Notes under the pieces: model-generated
The model's database searches: none
Told to the model about the DNA's origin: nothing
The model's input: only the letters and a program-made list of their open reading frames with translations
In this document: positions 44,850-58,271 of the stretch, piece after piece
How positions within the stretch are numbered: the stretch's first letter is position 1
Layout of the letters: each line of letters starts with the position of its first letter
Assembly (NCBI GenBank): GCA_964016885.1
Contig: OZ024742.1
Coordinates: 46,252,001 to 46,316,000 of the forward strand
DNA: 64,000 nt
Origin: Eledone cirrhosa
Taxonomy: Eukaryota
Direction of reading: 5' to 3'
Made by a program: the position numbers and the translations under genes

Positions 44850-45755
44850 AGATACAAAGTGTTAAAACGATCAAATTTTAGTTTAGAACATTTATTAGGT
44901 GAGAATTGTTTCTACCAGCGGGAAGTCTGGTATCATCGGAGCATAAGGAATGTCGAAAACGTGTAACTAGAATCCTAGTCATTTAGAACATTTAGGGTAC
45001 ATAGTTGTTATTAGTGTCAAAGGCATCATGTGGAGAGTCAGGAGTTAAAAAGATGTTCCGCTTGAAATAACACAATTACAGGTAGCACTGGTTGGAAGTG
45101 TAATAGGTGTAAGTAAAACTAAAAATCACAAGCAAAAAAACACAGGGAAAGAAGGTATAAGCGAGGACAATTGGTGTACAATGCAGGAGTCAATACAGTC
45201 AATAATGCATGTATAAGGAAAGAGTTATAATGCAGTTGAAATAAACATATTTTGTGTGGGGTGTTAAAGCATCTTATAATTGTTATAAATGTTTAAGATA
45301 GTGTGCAATTTGTTAGTGAGGTATGTAGTGATAATGTAGGTATTTTTTATGTAAGGTGTAATGTAAAGCACTAGATAGAGTTGGGTATGTGATATTCATT
45401 TAAGTGTTTTTGTGTTGTAGTCGTATTTATGTGCATGTGTTGTTTGTTACTCACAGCTATTAACCATGGGATTATTTTAAGTCGTTTATAGTCAATAGGT
45501 GTTTGTTTGTTAAATGTAAATTCGTGTAATTGTGTTATTTCAAGCGGAACATCTTTTTAACTCCTGACTCCCCACATGATGCCTTTGACACTAATAACAA
45601 CTATGTACCCTAAATGTTCTAAATGACTAGGATTCTAGTTACACGTTTTCGACATTCCTTATGCTCCGATGATTCCAGAGTTCCCTCCGGAAGAAACAAT
45701 TCTCAGCTAATAAATGTTCTAAACTAAAATTTGATCGTTTTAACACTTTGTATCT
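44850..45755. mobile_element. 231 bp inverted repeats (44850-45080 and 45525-45755), Penelope-like pLTR fragments each with a degenerate hammerhead
   Basis: Arms are near reverse complements. The right arm has GCU CCGAUGA UUCCAG..CCGGAA GAAAC AAUU CUC AGC at 45663-45707 and ends in (TA)n. Confidence 0.7.
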
Positions 45756-46050
<295 letters not shown>

Positions 46051-46054
46051 TTTT

Positions 46055-46210
46055 CTAGGGCGGGTAAAATTCCCGAGATCCATGGACGAGTTCTCTCCAG
46101 CGGTCTCTGTCCCTCATTGTCGCTGCCATGTCCTGCGTCTCAAACAGACCAGTGTCTCTCCTTAGGGCATCAACATACGTTAACCTTGGTATTCCTCTTC
46201 CAGTGTGTCC
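46055..46210 (-). mobile_element. RTE-like LINE 3' fragment
   Basis: Minus strand translates as [42 protein letters not shown], an RG.P...DR..W RTE C-terminal pattern. Confidence 0.65.
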
Positions 46211-46248
46211 ATGTATATATATACATATATATATATATATGTATATAT

Positions 46249-46855
46249 GGTGGCTGCCAACTCGTTTTCGAGTACGGCCACTATTTTATATCCATGTAGG
46301 AGAACCCCTACCGATGCGCTGAACGAGTGTGACCTTTTAGTCCAGCCAGCGACTTGAAAACTCTGGTACAAACACTACACTTGTGACAATCATTGACACA
46401 TAGTGCTGGTCCCATGGTACCATGTGAGGACAAGTGCAGTGAGATCTCCAGATACAAAGCAATGCCTGTGCCGTGAAGCTTTTATAGTGAGCAAAGGCAC
46501 TGCACAAAGCCAGTCGCACTTTCTTAACCAAGATGATATTTACCAAAGAGAAGAACAAGTCAACATCATTGGATACCATCAGGGTTGCAGGTGTTATATC
46601 AGAGTTTTCCTTCTCCTAGAATTCTGCCTTGACAAAGGCTAAGGGGTCATCTCTCCCGGTGATTTTGGATGGCCATTGACTCTTAAGAGCTCCTTTGCCC
46701 TTTGACAGGTTTTGTTTTTAGTCCTGCAGGATGTCCAAAGTCACCCTCCTCACCAAGAAACCTTGGTGGGGTTGCCAGTTTAGTCGCCAACGACCCGACT
46801 ATGAGACAGGTTGTACTGGGATACATATTACCAGTAGCACCAACTGGTGACCTGA
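46249..46855 (-). mobile_element. Non-autonomous RTE-derived retroposon, copy 2
   Basis: Reverse complement of 6185-6791 with scattered substitutions, flanked by TA-rich microsatellite. Confidence 0.85.
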
Positions 46856-46856
46856 G

Positions 46857-46897
<41 letters not shown>

Positions 46898-47141
46898 TAT
46901 ATATATGTGTGTATCCCGAGTTCAATCGGGGGTAACCACAGTAAGTAAGGTATTCAATACATAGCAGAGTATAAATATTGTTTACTTAGAATATTGAAAA
47001 TTACGAGTGCCTGCATTTGTATCATTCTGTATCACTATGCATTTTTCTCTAAATATACTTTTTTCAAAGAAACCCTATTCTTTAAATCCATTAGCCAATC
47101 ACCACCTTTCTCTACCAACACCACCGTAACACAATGACGGT

Positions 47142-47328
<187 letters not shown>

Positions 47329-48044
47329 GACAGAAAGAGAGAGTGAGATTGAAGTTAATAAGAATTCGGAAGCGTTAAAACTGGTTTTCAAAATATTTAA
47401 CGCAGAACTGTGGGTAAACTAAACATAAGAGGCTTGGCCTACACCTTATCGAACCGTTCAATACCTCTTGTGTCTTATGTACTAACCAATAATAGTATTT
47501 ATCTAAATCATAAGCGACCACCATCTGATTCTTTCCAACGTTATCGATCCGTATTTTAATTGCAAATACAACTGATATTGAGCTGTGGTATGTTTGAATG
47601 AAAGAATCAATAAAAAAATAACCAAGTATTACCTAAGGAAGTCGAAGGAAATTTTGTCAGAAATTGATTCGCGATAATAGCTAAAACATTACTTAGGCTT
47701 TCAATTATAGAAGCTATAACTTTGATGGTTAATTATTTCTGGCTTGTTTATCGACAACTGACTGGATCAAAGCAATTCTCTTTCCAAGGTAGCGATCAAG
47801 GGAGAAAGTAATAAGGTCTTTCAGAAAACTTTAATACAAAAGGCGATAAAATCATCGCTATGCTGAACTACAAATATAAATATAGTGGATGGAAATCTGC
47901 CCTTATATTGATGATGTGAAGATGACTTAACAGAGGTTTTTTCTTTCATTAAATTAAAACGATTAGATACGCTCACTCACGTGTGTGTACGTGTGAACAT
48001 TTTGTGAAATTTTCAATTACATTTTACATACATGCACCCACACA

Positions 48045-48545
<501 letters not shown>

Positions 48546-48989
48546 TTGGAATTTATCGATATCTCCCTGGTGATACAGGCAACCAAGGGTAACTCGTCAT
48601 ACACACATAGTCACTTTAGTTCAGAAGAATACAGAGAGGAATAATTTTGTTTTTGAAATTTCAAGTAAGCGAATTTCTCAACAGATTGGTCAAAGCAATG
48701 CCACTACAGTAGGATAGGTAAGCTAGTGATAATAGAATAGCTCAAGTTTCACGTGATTGCTGAAGTAAAACTATCTAATTATATGAACAGATTTTTACAA
48801 GATTTTAGCCAATATCAACAGATTGGTCAGGCACGTGGTGTATCACGCATATGATTCTCTGTTAATGTTCCATCTTTTAAAAGATTATTTTCAAATACAT
48901 ACATACTTCGTGAGACAAATCTAAGAGCTAGTTTCGATTTCTAGTTGAAATCAATTCTACTGTTAAAGCCATCGCATGTTTAACACGAA

Positions 48990-49075
48990 GCTGCTGCTGG
49001 TACCAATTATTTCATCTTAGTTGACTGGCGCAACATGCAATGAAGTACCTTGCTCAAGGACAAAACATGTCACTC
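48990..49075 (-). mobile_element. SINE fragment of a second family
   Basis: ggtaccaatt...tgaagtaccttgctcaaggacaaaac resembles the conserved aagtgtcttgcccaaggacacaac SINE central motif (from memory). Confidence 0.45.
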
Positions 49076-49169
49076 AATCTTAGGCCGCAAATGCATTTGA
49101 AAAGAAAAAAAATCACGAATGTCATACAAACTACTTATCTAATATCTATCACATGTATGGCAAATGTAA

Positions 49170-49305
49170 TGCGGTGAATTGGTAGAGTCGTTTGGAGGTC
49201 GGATCAAAACAATGTTTCGATATTTGTTCCGACTCTCGCTTCATTCTGAAGTTAAACTTCTCGAAGTCGATAAAAAGGTATGAGTTTTGTATTGGGTTCA
49301 ATTAT
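49170..49305 (+). mobile_element. Internally deleted SINE
   Basis: A-box-like head ggtgaattggtagagtcgtt and the gtcgataaaa core, complementary to the 690-1000 copy. Confidence 0.55.
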
Positions 49306-49589
49306 TCTTCTATTTCTCTTTCTCACTTATTACCACTCACATTCTACATGTTAAGGAGTTCATTTCACAAGCACGTGGAACATTGTGTCTCAAGTAGAAA
49401 TCCTTATTTGGTGGGATTGTGTGTGTTATGGTTGTCATTGTGCTGGAAGAGGTTGTTCATAATAGAGACCCCATTAATTGAACAGACGTCTAATGAGGCC
49501 TCTCCATTCGTATTCAGATTGAGGTCACCGTTCCTTCCATGTTAAATGGTCAGTGCCAACATGTTCATTGAAATATACTGTTAACATAT

Positions 49590-50220
49590 GAGTCGACTAG
49601 AATTTGAAGACGACTAGGTACTACTTGAACTGTCTGAAGGTGATTTCCAACATGTATTTGATAGGTTTGTTGCCGAGTGATGCATGACACGATTAAAAAT
49701 CAGTGCTGCGAAGACTGATACACTTATCCTCATAAGGAAGCCTGGGCAGTGCATGGGAGCAGAGTTCCTCTGAAGCAGGTTGAGAAGTTCAAGTATCTCG
49801 GGGCTGAATTAAGTGCAAGAATTGCAGGAGCTGGTGCAGTAATGTGCCAGCTTCATTAGGAGAGGCGGGGGAGGTGTAAAAGCCACTCACTCTCTTCAGT
49901 TCAGTGTTCGTGCCAAACGTTACCTATGCTTATGCATCTTGGGTAATGACCGAACGAATACGATAACGAATATAAGCGACGGAAATGGCGTTTCTCCGAA
50001 ATGGCATTTCTCAATAGAGTGGTTAGATCTCTGAGAGTCACTCCAGGTAGGGCCATTACTTCTCCGAATTGAGAGATCATCGCTCCGATAATACGGGCAT
50101 GTAGTTAGAATATCCAAGAAAAGAATCGCTGGACAGATTTTACGTGAAAAATCAGCCGGCAAGAGATCCAGGGGTAGACCCCGAGCAAGATGGTTGGATA
50201 ACATCCATGAGTTTGGCTGT
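49590..50220 (+). mobile_element. Degraded RTE (Expander/Rex3-like) LINE fragment
   Basis: Peptide remnants LKQVEKFKYLG, TYAYASWVMTERIR, ATEMAFLR, YGHVVR and GKRSRGRPRARWLDNI, interrupted by stops and deletions. Confidence 0.8.
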
Positions 50221-50559
50221 GCTCGCTTTTCATGATTGTGTATCTCTCCTTTTCTGCTACACACTAGAATTCTTGAGAATATACAATATTCTCTAAAGTA
50301 TACATCGGCTGATTAGCCTAATTTTCATACCGAGCGATTTTACAGCTGGCTTTGCCGAAAATTAAAAGATTGTGTATCTCTCCTTTTCTGCTACGCAGAC
50401 AAAGGGCAATAACACTGAAACAATTGTCGATCGTTTCTCTCTGCTACTGCTAAAACAAAAGGATGGCGATAGTCGTCTAAAACACATAGCGCTGTGAGGC
50501 TATTTGCTTGCAAACGAATCGAATATTAATATTGTTATAATATCATGAGTAGAGTTCCT

Positions 50560-50830
50560 CTGAATGCTTTTGCCGTCTTGTCCGCGGGGCGCAGCACTCC
50601 TTCCCCCTTGCCTTATCCCCCCCTTCACCCCTCTCTTCTGCGACACCAGAGCTCTTGCAGTCCCCTCCCTTTTCCGTTCTTTTTCTTCTTTCTTTCTCTC
50701 TTTTTTTCTCTATATATCCATATTCTTTCTTTCCTTTTGTTTCCCCCTTTTTAAACATTTTTTCTCACTAAATAAGGTTTGTTTTTTGCTTTTGAATAAA
50801 TTTCCTTCTCATATTATTATAAACTCGATA
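50560..50830 (+). mobile_element. Possible third CRE 3' fragment
   Basis: NAFAVLSAG resembles NHFSILSAG of the 9417 fragment, followed by a pyrimidine-rich UTR and aataaa. The match is short. Confidence 0.4.
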
Positions 50831-50858
50831 TAAAACTCACGAATGCATACATATATCA

Positions 50859-50989
50859 TTATTTTATATAGAAATGACTTCTATAGTACTAGAACTATTT
50901 CATTCACATGTAATCATCAGGGCACTCTTGATGATTTCATACGAATGAAATAGTTCTAGTCCTGTAGAAGTCATTTCTATATAAAATAA
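50859..50989. mobile_element. 61 bp inverted repeat (50859-50919 and 50929-50989) with degenerate hammerhead cores
   Basis: Arms are near reverse complements containing (c)tgatga...gaaatagtt. Same family as 47142-47209. Confidence 0.6.
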
Positions 50990-51952
50990 AGATGCCTACA
51001 TTCTACCAACGTTTTGAGTAACTTTGATAACTGTGGTCACCTCCCAATACCCACCGGGAATCCACCTATATACATACATACATACATACATACATACATA
51101 CATACATACATACATACATACATACATACATACATGATATAAAAAATGGCGACAAGGAAGGTCGCTTGACCACGTCTTGACCAAACAAAATATAATATTT
51201 TCACCCAAAACTGCCCTTTAAACACATGTCAGATGGATTACAATATTCATTATTACAACTACTTTGACTGTTCCCTGACAAATAGTACCAGTTTCAAGAT
51301 AGAATTATCTTAACGAAGTATATTTAATTTGACTTGATTTTCGCCAACAAACCACGTGTGGACATGGACGGGAAAAAAGGAAAAAAACAAAACAAATCAC
51401 TACATTCCTTAGGGATCGCAGTAAGTACTCCACAAAACATATAAACAACAAAATACACACAGATTTATATACAGATATATACCATATGCATATACACACA
51501 CGTGAAAAGAAACCACACTATTTCGTGTGAGACACTATACCGGCCAATTTTACCAATTTACATTGGTAAAATATTTCTTAACATTGACTTCGCTTCTAAC
51601 CCACATACACCTTTTAATTATATATATATACTAGCAGCTGAAAGATAATAATTTGGAAAAAAAAAAAATTATTGAAAGTTTATTATAAAGAAGCAGTATC
51701 AGGGGAAAAAAACAAAAAAAACAAAACAAAAAACAAAAAAAACGTTATTTCGCTGTTAATAAACAACTGCCTTCTACAGTACGTTTCATTTAACTTACGC
51801 AGCATATTTATTTGTTTACATGCACAGACTCTTCTACACACACACAACATTTAGGAAAACGGAAACAAAATACACAAAAAAACAGACATTTTATTTCTAT
51901 CGTAATCAAGTGCGCTAAACCTATATTGTTTACACTCTGTGTTTTTCTACGG

Positions 51953-53248
51953 ATGGGTAGAAATAACAAAATTGCCATGGTGATATCCATCGATGAAATT
52001 TGCGACAAAACCGGTCGATGTCCCAAAATAGAACATTGCCCAGAAAATCACATCTGCCATATCTGTGCGGAACCCGAAAACTCGTTCCGTAATCGCTGGG
52101 TCGAATGTGGAACCTGTCACATCTCTGTCTGCCTTCAATGCGCCACAGGCTTCCGGAGGATCCCAGGCCAAAAAAAGAGACATCATAATGCTATGATGGA
52201 TGGAATATGGGAGATGGTCCAGCTAAAATCCTGGTCCTTTCAGTGTCTGGCCTGTGTGCCTGCCTCCACTAATGTTATTGAAAAACAACAACAATAACAA
52301 CAAAAACCAATGACTGTGTCTTCCTCTACCATTGTTACTGAACAACGGCAAAAACCTATGACACTGGCTTCTACTGCTATTCCTGTGGGAGAACATCAGA
52401 AACAACAACAACCCATGTCTTCCACTCCCAGTACATCTCGACACTAACAACTGGTGACTGTGTCTTCCCCTACCATTCCCATGGAGGAACATCATCATCG
52501 CCACCAACAACAACAACAACAGCAACAACCTGCGACTGTGTCCTTCCCTGCCATTCCCGTGGAGGAACATCATCATCACCAACGACAGCAGCAGCAGCAA
52601 CAGCAACAACAACAACCGACCAGTACAGATTTTGCGGAACTGCAACTAATGATTTCTGCTCTGAGAAGGGAAGTTGCAGGAATAAAGGCAGGTATTCGGG
52701 TAGGACCCCACAATGAGGGGTCTTATCGGAATGCCTTGCTAAAGAATCTCCCTGTACCTCTTACTGTAAAGACTGAAAAGACTGCGGAATCTGCTACCCA
52801 TGAAGTGATTGCCATTGGGGTACCAGAGGACAAGGCTGATCTTCAGGCATTTGCTGCCAGCTCAGCCAAAGACCTAGGCTGTGTTCCCCCAAAGGGTGCT
52901 CTCCGCCTTGGTCGACCTGGTCCAAAACCCAGACTCATCAGGCTGTCTTTTTCGGACCCCGCAGAGGCAACCTCATATCATCTGGCCTCTGCTAAAGCTG
53001 GGCGTGAAAATCAGATTACCTTCCGAACACGCCCAGGCCTACCACCCCATGTACGTCCAAAGCTACGTGCTGCAGCTTCCTTGAATCGGAACTCAGCACA
53101 AGATGAAAGTTTCAGTCTGCGTGATGATGGGCAGATCTGGAGGTTTGTCAAGGCTGGTGAAACGTGGAAGAGAGATACCAGCTGGTCTGAGTGTGATCTA
53201 CCCACAATAACTGGCAATGTAAAAACTGCTACAACTCTGGGAAACTAA
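51953..53248 (+). pseudogene. LINE ORF1 (PHD finger, Q/H-rich repeats) with two in-frame TAA stops
   Basis: CHIC...WVECGTCHISVCLQC...FQCLAC. ORFs 51812-52297 and 52454-53248 share one frame, broken by TAA at 52295 and 52445 in CAA-rich context. Confidence 0.8.
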
Positions 53249-56069
53249 ACCAGAACAACCTGCAACCCTCTACACATCATCATAAACTGCGAGCAGGGTA
53301 CAAATTGTTGTCCTTAAATGCTCGCAGTTTATGCAACAAGATACATCTGTTCGAATCCTACGTCAGAAGCATCGACCCTGACTTCATCACAGTCACGGAA
53401 ACATGGGCACATTCCTTACTCTGTGATGGGGTTTTCAGCATTACTGGGTACAACCTTTTCCGCAAGGACCGCATTAACCGCCGTGGTGGTGGTGTGATGG
53501 TCTACGTTCGTTCAAACTTTTCGGTAATTCCTTGCGTTGATTTGAACGAATCACAGGAAGAAGTTTTTTTCTGTGACATACGTATGACCATGTCAACACT
53601 TCTGCTTGGTGTTGTTTATCGCCCCCTAAACTACCATCAGGACACACAGCTTTGCGATATCCTCAGAGTTGCTGCCAAGAAAACAGCCACTTATGTGTTT
53701 ATTGCAGGTGACTTCAATCATCCAGAGATCGATTGGGAAACCTTTCGTTGGCCACAAGGTGCAAACGATTTCCTTGAACTAGTGCTGGACTCAAACTGGT
53801 CACAAGTAGTCACCTCTCCAACAAGAGGTGACAACACTTTGGACCTGATCTTCACCACTACTCCTGAAGTGGTTATCAGTTGTACTACTGAGGAACCTCT
53901 AGGCGACTCTGATCATGCTATGATCATTGCCAATCTGGCACTTGAGGGCAGCAACAAAAACCAGAGCCATCTCCAATCTGCTTGCTTTGATTGGAAGAGG
54001 GCGGATTGGAACTTGTACTGCACTGAGCTACAGCGCCCAAACTGGCATGAGATGTATAACTCTGGAGATGTGAACTCTATACTCCAGAGCATCCTGGACA
54101 CAATATGGATAGCATGTGCAGCATCAGTGCCACGGAAGCGGAAAAATAACCACCCCAAAAGTGCAATCTGGGAAACTTCAGCGGTCCGACTTGCCAGGAA
54201 AGAACGTCGGAACGCTGAACGGGAATATAAACTGCATAGATCAGATGCCAACAGAAAAAAGCGGAATAAATCTTCTAACCATCTCAAGCAAGTGACAAAG
54301 AAGGCAGTGCTTGAATTTGAACAGTGCATCGCAACCAATCCTGACAGTAAGGTGTTCTGGAAATATGTTCATTCAAAGCAGAGACCTCACTCTCCAGTTG
54401 GTCCTCTTCGCAATCCCCACACAAGCCAGATCACTGACGATCCCAAGGAATGCGCAGAACTCATTGCTGAGTGCTATGCAAGTATTTTTACTGTTGAAAA
54501 CCCGAATGTACCATCTCCACCATCTCTAACATCAAATTCCATAACAACTATGGAATTTACACCTGCAATGTTGCGACGTCACCTTAAGAATAAGCGCAAC
54601 TATGCCTCCCCTGGTCTTGATGGTATGACATACCTGCTTCTCAAACGTGGCGGGTATTTCCTTTTGCGCCAGCTTTCTTTCTTCTTTCAATACTGTCTCA
54701 ACAATGGTGCTACTCCGGAGCAGTGGAAAACTGCCAGTGTCATTCCCCTGTTCAAAAAGGGCAACCGCATGTCACCTGTCAACTATCGTCCAGTCAGTCT
54801 TACTAGCTGTATGGCCAAACTGATGGAATCCTGTGTCAGAGAAACACTTTGGAACTTCTGGAGCTCTCACAGCCTCATCCAGCCCTCACAGTTTGGATTT
54901 ATCCCTAACTCCAGCTGCTGTGATCAGCTAATCGAGTTCCTTGAGGACATCACCCGGATCACTGACAGCGGCTCATGGGTGGATGTTGTTTACCTTGACT
55001 TTGCTAAGGCTTTTAATTCTGTGCCACACAAAAGACTTATGGCAAAACTCTCTGCAATGGGTGTGAGGGATGATCTTTTCGACTGGTTGAAATCCTTCAT
55101 TCTCAGCCGAAAAGAAGTAGTCACGGTTCTAGGACAGCATTCTTCACCATATGAGATGTCATCTGGTGTACCACAGGGATCTGTTCTTGGTCCGCTTTTG
55201 TTTGTGGCATATATTAACGACATAGATGCCAACTTACAGAATGCCACGGTACTAAAATATGCAGATGACATCAAGCTGTACCTTGAAATCAAAAGGACTA
55301 ATCCTGAAATTTACAACTCTTTCCTACAATCAGACCTGGACACAATGCAGCAATGGATCACAGACTGGCAACTGAAGCTGGCTGTGGACAAGTGTACCAC
55401 CATGCATTTTGGAAGGAAAAATCCAGCGTCCACATACTCCCTCCACAACACTGATATCAAAAAGTCCTCTTGTGAACGTGACCTGGGCATTACTGTCAGC
55501 AACGATTTGCGTTGGACAAAGCATGTCTCTAAGATTGTCAAGAAGGCCGAGGTGTCTTGGCATCACTCAGCAAGACCTTTGTTAGCCGCTCTCCAGCCAT
55601 CTATTTAAAACTGTATACAGCTATGGTACGACCACACTTGGAATTCGCATCATCAGTCTGGAACCCCTATCTTGCTCAGAACATTGACCTCCTGGAAACT
55701 GTTCAGAGACGTGTAACCAAGCGCATACCCTCCATCAGACACCTACCATACTCTGAACGCCTTGCTTCCCTGGGCATGGATTCATTGAAGCTCCGACGTC
55801 TGGCAATGGACTTGGTGAATACCCACAAAGTTTTTAACCATCTCGCCAATTGCAACCCTGAGCGCCTCTTTGATCTCCATGTGTCTAACACACGTGGACA
55901 TGCCTACAAGATCAGAAAACAGCACAGCTCCCATGACTTTCGTAGACATTTTTTCACGCTCAGAGTTGCTGAAGCATGGAACAAACTGCCTGCGTCAATT
56001 GTTAGCTGCCGAGACACTGCATCCTTTAAGACACTCATGCTTCCCGAAATACGCCAAAACTACACCTGA
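53197..56069 (+). pseudogene. LINE ORF2: AP endonuclease plus reverse transcriptase, one frameshift near 55552
   Basis: APE motifs LNARS, TETW, GDFN, LDL, SDH. RT motifs NYRPVSLTS, YLDFAKAF, SGVPQGSVLGPLLF, YADD. CR1-type C-terminus VRPHLEFASSVWNP and TRGH continues in ORF 55557-56069. Confidence 0.93.
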
Positions 56070-56102
56070 TGTACCCCTTCCATGCACATGCACACATGTG
56101 TG

Positions 56103-56351
56103 TATCATGACTCGTGCACTGTTCATTTTACTGATGTTTGTGCATTGCCCTATGTACTGTATATGCACTTTTTTGATGAGTTGTGGTGCACCTGGGCACT
56201 GTACACAATATTTCATTATTGTTATTGTTATTATATCATGACTCGTACACTGTTCATTTTCCTGACATTTGTACATTATTCTATGTACTATACATGCACC
56301 TTTGATGAGTTGTAGTGCACCTGAGCACTGTACACAATAATTTCATTATTT
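56103..56351 (+). repeat. Tandem duplication (~120-130 bp) of the LINE 3'UTR
   Basis: atcatgactcgt.cactgttcatttt...gtgcacctg.gcactgtacacaata occurs twice. Confidence 0.9.
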
Positions 56352-56605
56352 ATACATACATACATACATACATACATACATACATACATACATACACCCC
56401 TCCCCTAAATATACATCTATACTCAATACATAAACAGAGAAAGCCTTAAGCGATACTCCGACCAACTCTATCTCACTCAACAAACATTAGGATATACTTA
56501 AGTATTATCCCAATTTAGTGTTTGGGGTGCTAACTAATCAGTATTTCGTGGATAGCTGGTTGTATTATTTTATATGAGACATTATTAAATAAATATCTCT
56601 TTCCT

Positions 56606-56729
56606 TCCAGACGATCGTTTCGTTATAAGATTTCTACAATTTGGGATAAATAATTTCCAGGTTATGTAGAAACTTGTATATAAGCCATAGTTTTATACAC
56701 AAGCGGGCTCTTATAAACTCATCAGTGGA
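56606..56729 (-). ncRNA. Type I hammerhead ribozyme with a long, branched stem II
   Basis: Minus strand reads UCCA CUGAUGA GUUUAUAAGA [two hairpins] UCUUAUAAC GAAAC GAUC GUC UGGA. All core nucleotides are present, with a GUC cleavage triplet. Confidence 0.8.
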
Positions 56730-57109
56730 TGCCCAAATAATATCGATATAAGAATCATATCGACATTAATAGAATGGTGATGGTCTCCCTCAGCGCTAAG
56801 AAGAGACTGGTAGATTAGAAAATTCAGCAGTCCTCCCAAAGATAAAATACACGCTGTCCCCCAAAGGCACGCTGGTCATTTAAACCTGTTAGGTATTATA
56901 ACCACTCAATGTATACACTATATGTATACACTATATGTATACACAACCAATGCACACACAGAGATATTAAAACATAATAAATACATGTATAGATGTGAAA
57001 TATATACACGGATATATATATATATATGTGTATGTATATAAGTAATCAATCTTGATTTACAAAGATAAAGAAGAGATATTGATAGAGTGAAAGGTAAAAA
57101 GAGGACAGA

Positions 57110-57256
57110 GAAGTAGACGAGAGAGAGAGCGAAAGAGAGAGACAGAAAGAGGAAGATAAATTAGAGAAAGAAAGAGAGAGAGAGAGGGAGAATGGGGAAT
57201 AGAGAGAGAAATAGACAGGAAGAGAGAAGACGAAAAAGAACAGAGAGCGAGAGTGA

Positions 57257-57327
<71 letters not shown>

Positions 57328-57360
57328 TGCGAGAGCGAGACAGAGTGAGAGAGAGAATAG
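57110..57360. repeat. (GA)n / purine-rich tract
   Basis: Direct. Confidence 0.95.
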
Positions 57361-58099
57361 AACATCATGTGTAGGAATAGATATTAATGTGAAAAAGTAA
57401 AGAGAAAGTTTGAATAGAAGCTGATGAGAGGAAAGCTGATTAGCGAGATAAAGTAGAAGTTAGCAAATCTAAGCTGTCTGATGAAGACGTTTGCTTTATT
57501 TAAGACTTCTTTTGCAAAGCCATACAAATGATGTCAATGTAAAAGCTGAAAAATAGATAAGAAATTACTTCGTCGCCCATATTGAAGATTATCGTCTGTT
57601 AAACACAAACTCATTTCTTTACTCTTTCTAAAATTCTGTCATTAATTCTTACTTTCCATTTCAACATCTTACTCAATTTTAGTCACTCACCGTCACTCAC
57701 CTAGATCAGAATATTCTTTAGTCTGTCAGTCTGTCAGTCAATACGTCAGTTAATACTCTCTTACTCTATTATTCATAATAAAATGAAATATATGTTTACC
57801 CAGTTTACACACAGACGCACATAATTATTACGAAAGGAAAATATTTATGTATTTCTCGTATTTCGCGATTATTGTATACTAGATGGGATATGAAGTTGTA
57901 ATAATTAGAGTGATGATTGAAACAGCAGCACCTTCGAAGATATTCGAATCCGTACCACTTTTTAATGAAACATTGTTTTTAATCAATTCTTGTATACTCC
58001 ATACCCTCTATTTTAAGAGCGCAAAGTATAGCGAATTACTTATAACTAAAAGCCAAAATTGGTTCTTTGTTTATATGTATGTATTGACTTGTAACTCCT

Positions 58100-58232
58100 G
58101 GTGGTATTGTAGGGGCGCTGTCGTGACATACGGCATGTCTTGGGCATTTTAAACCCTGACGGAACCCATCCCACTTCAGGTCTGGACATAGCTGATTTCT
58201 TCCAGAGAAAGAGAGACAAAAGGAAGTAAGGG

Positions 58233-58271
<39 letters not shown>

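Larger units (their letters stand above)
51135..56351 (+). mobile_element. Near full-length CR1-type LINE (inactivated)
   Basis: PHD-bearing ORF1, APE-RT ORF2, 3'UTR ending in attatt, and (CATA)n on both sides. The 5' boundary is inferred from the left microsatellite. Confidence 0.85.

Noticed and set aside
57418-57492. Two CUGAUGA motifs
   Set aside because: No supporting stems or correctly placed GAAA and NUH.
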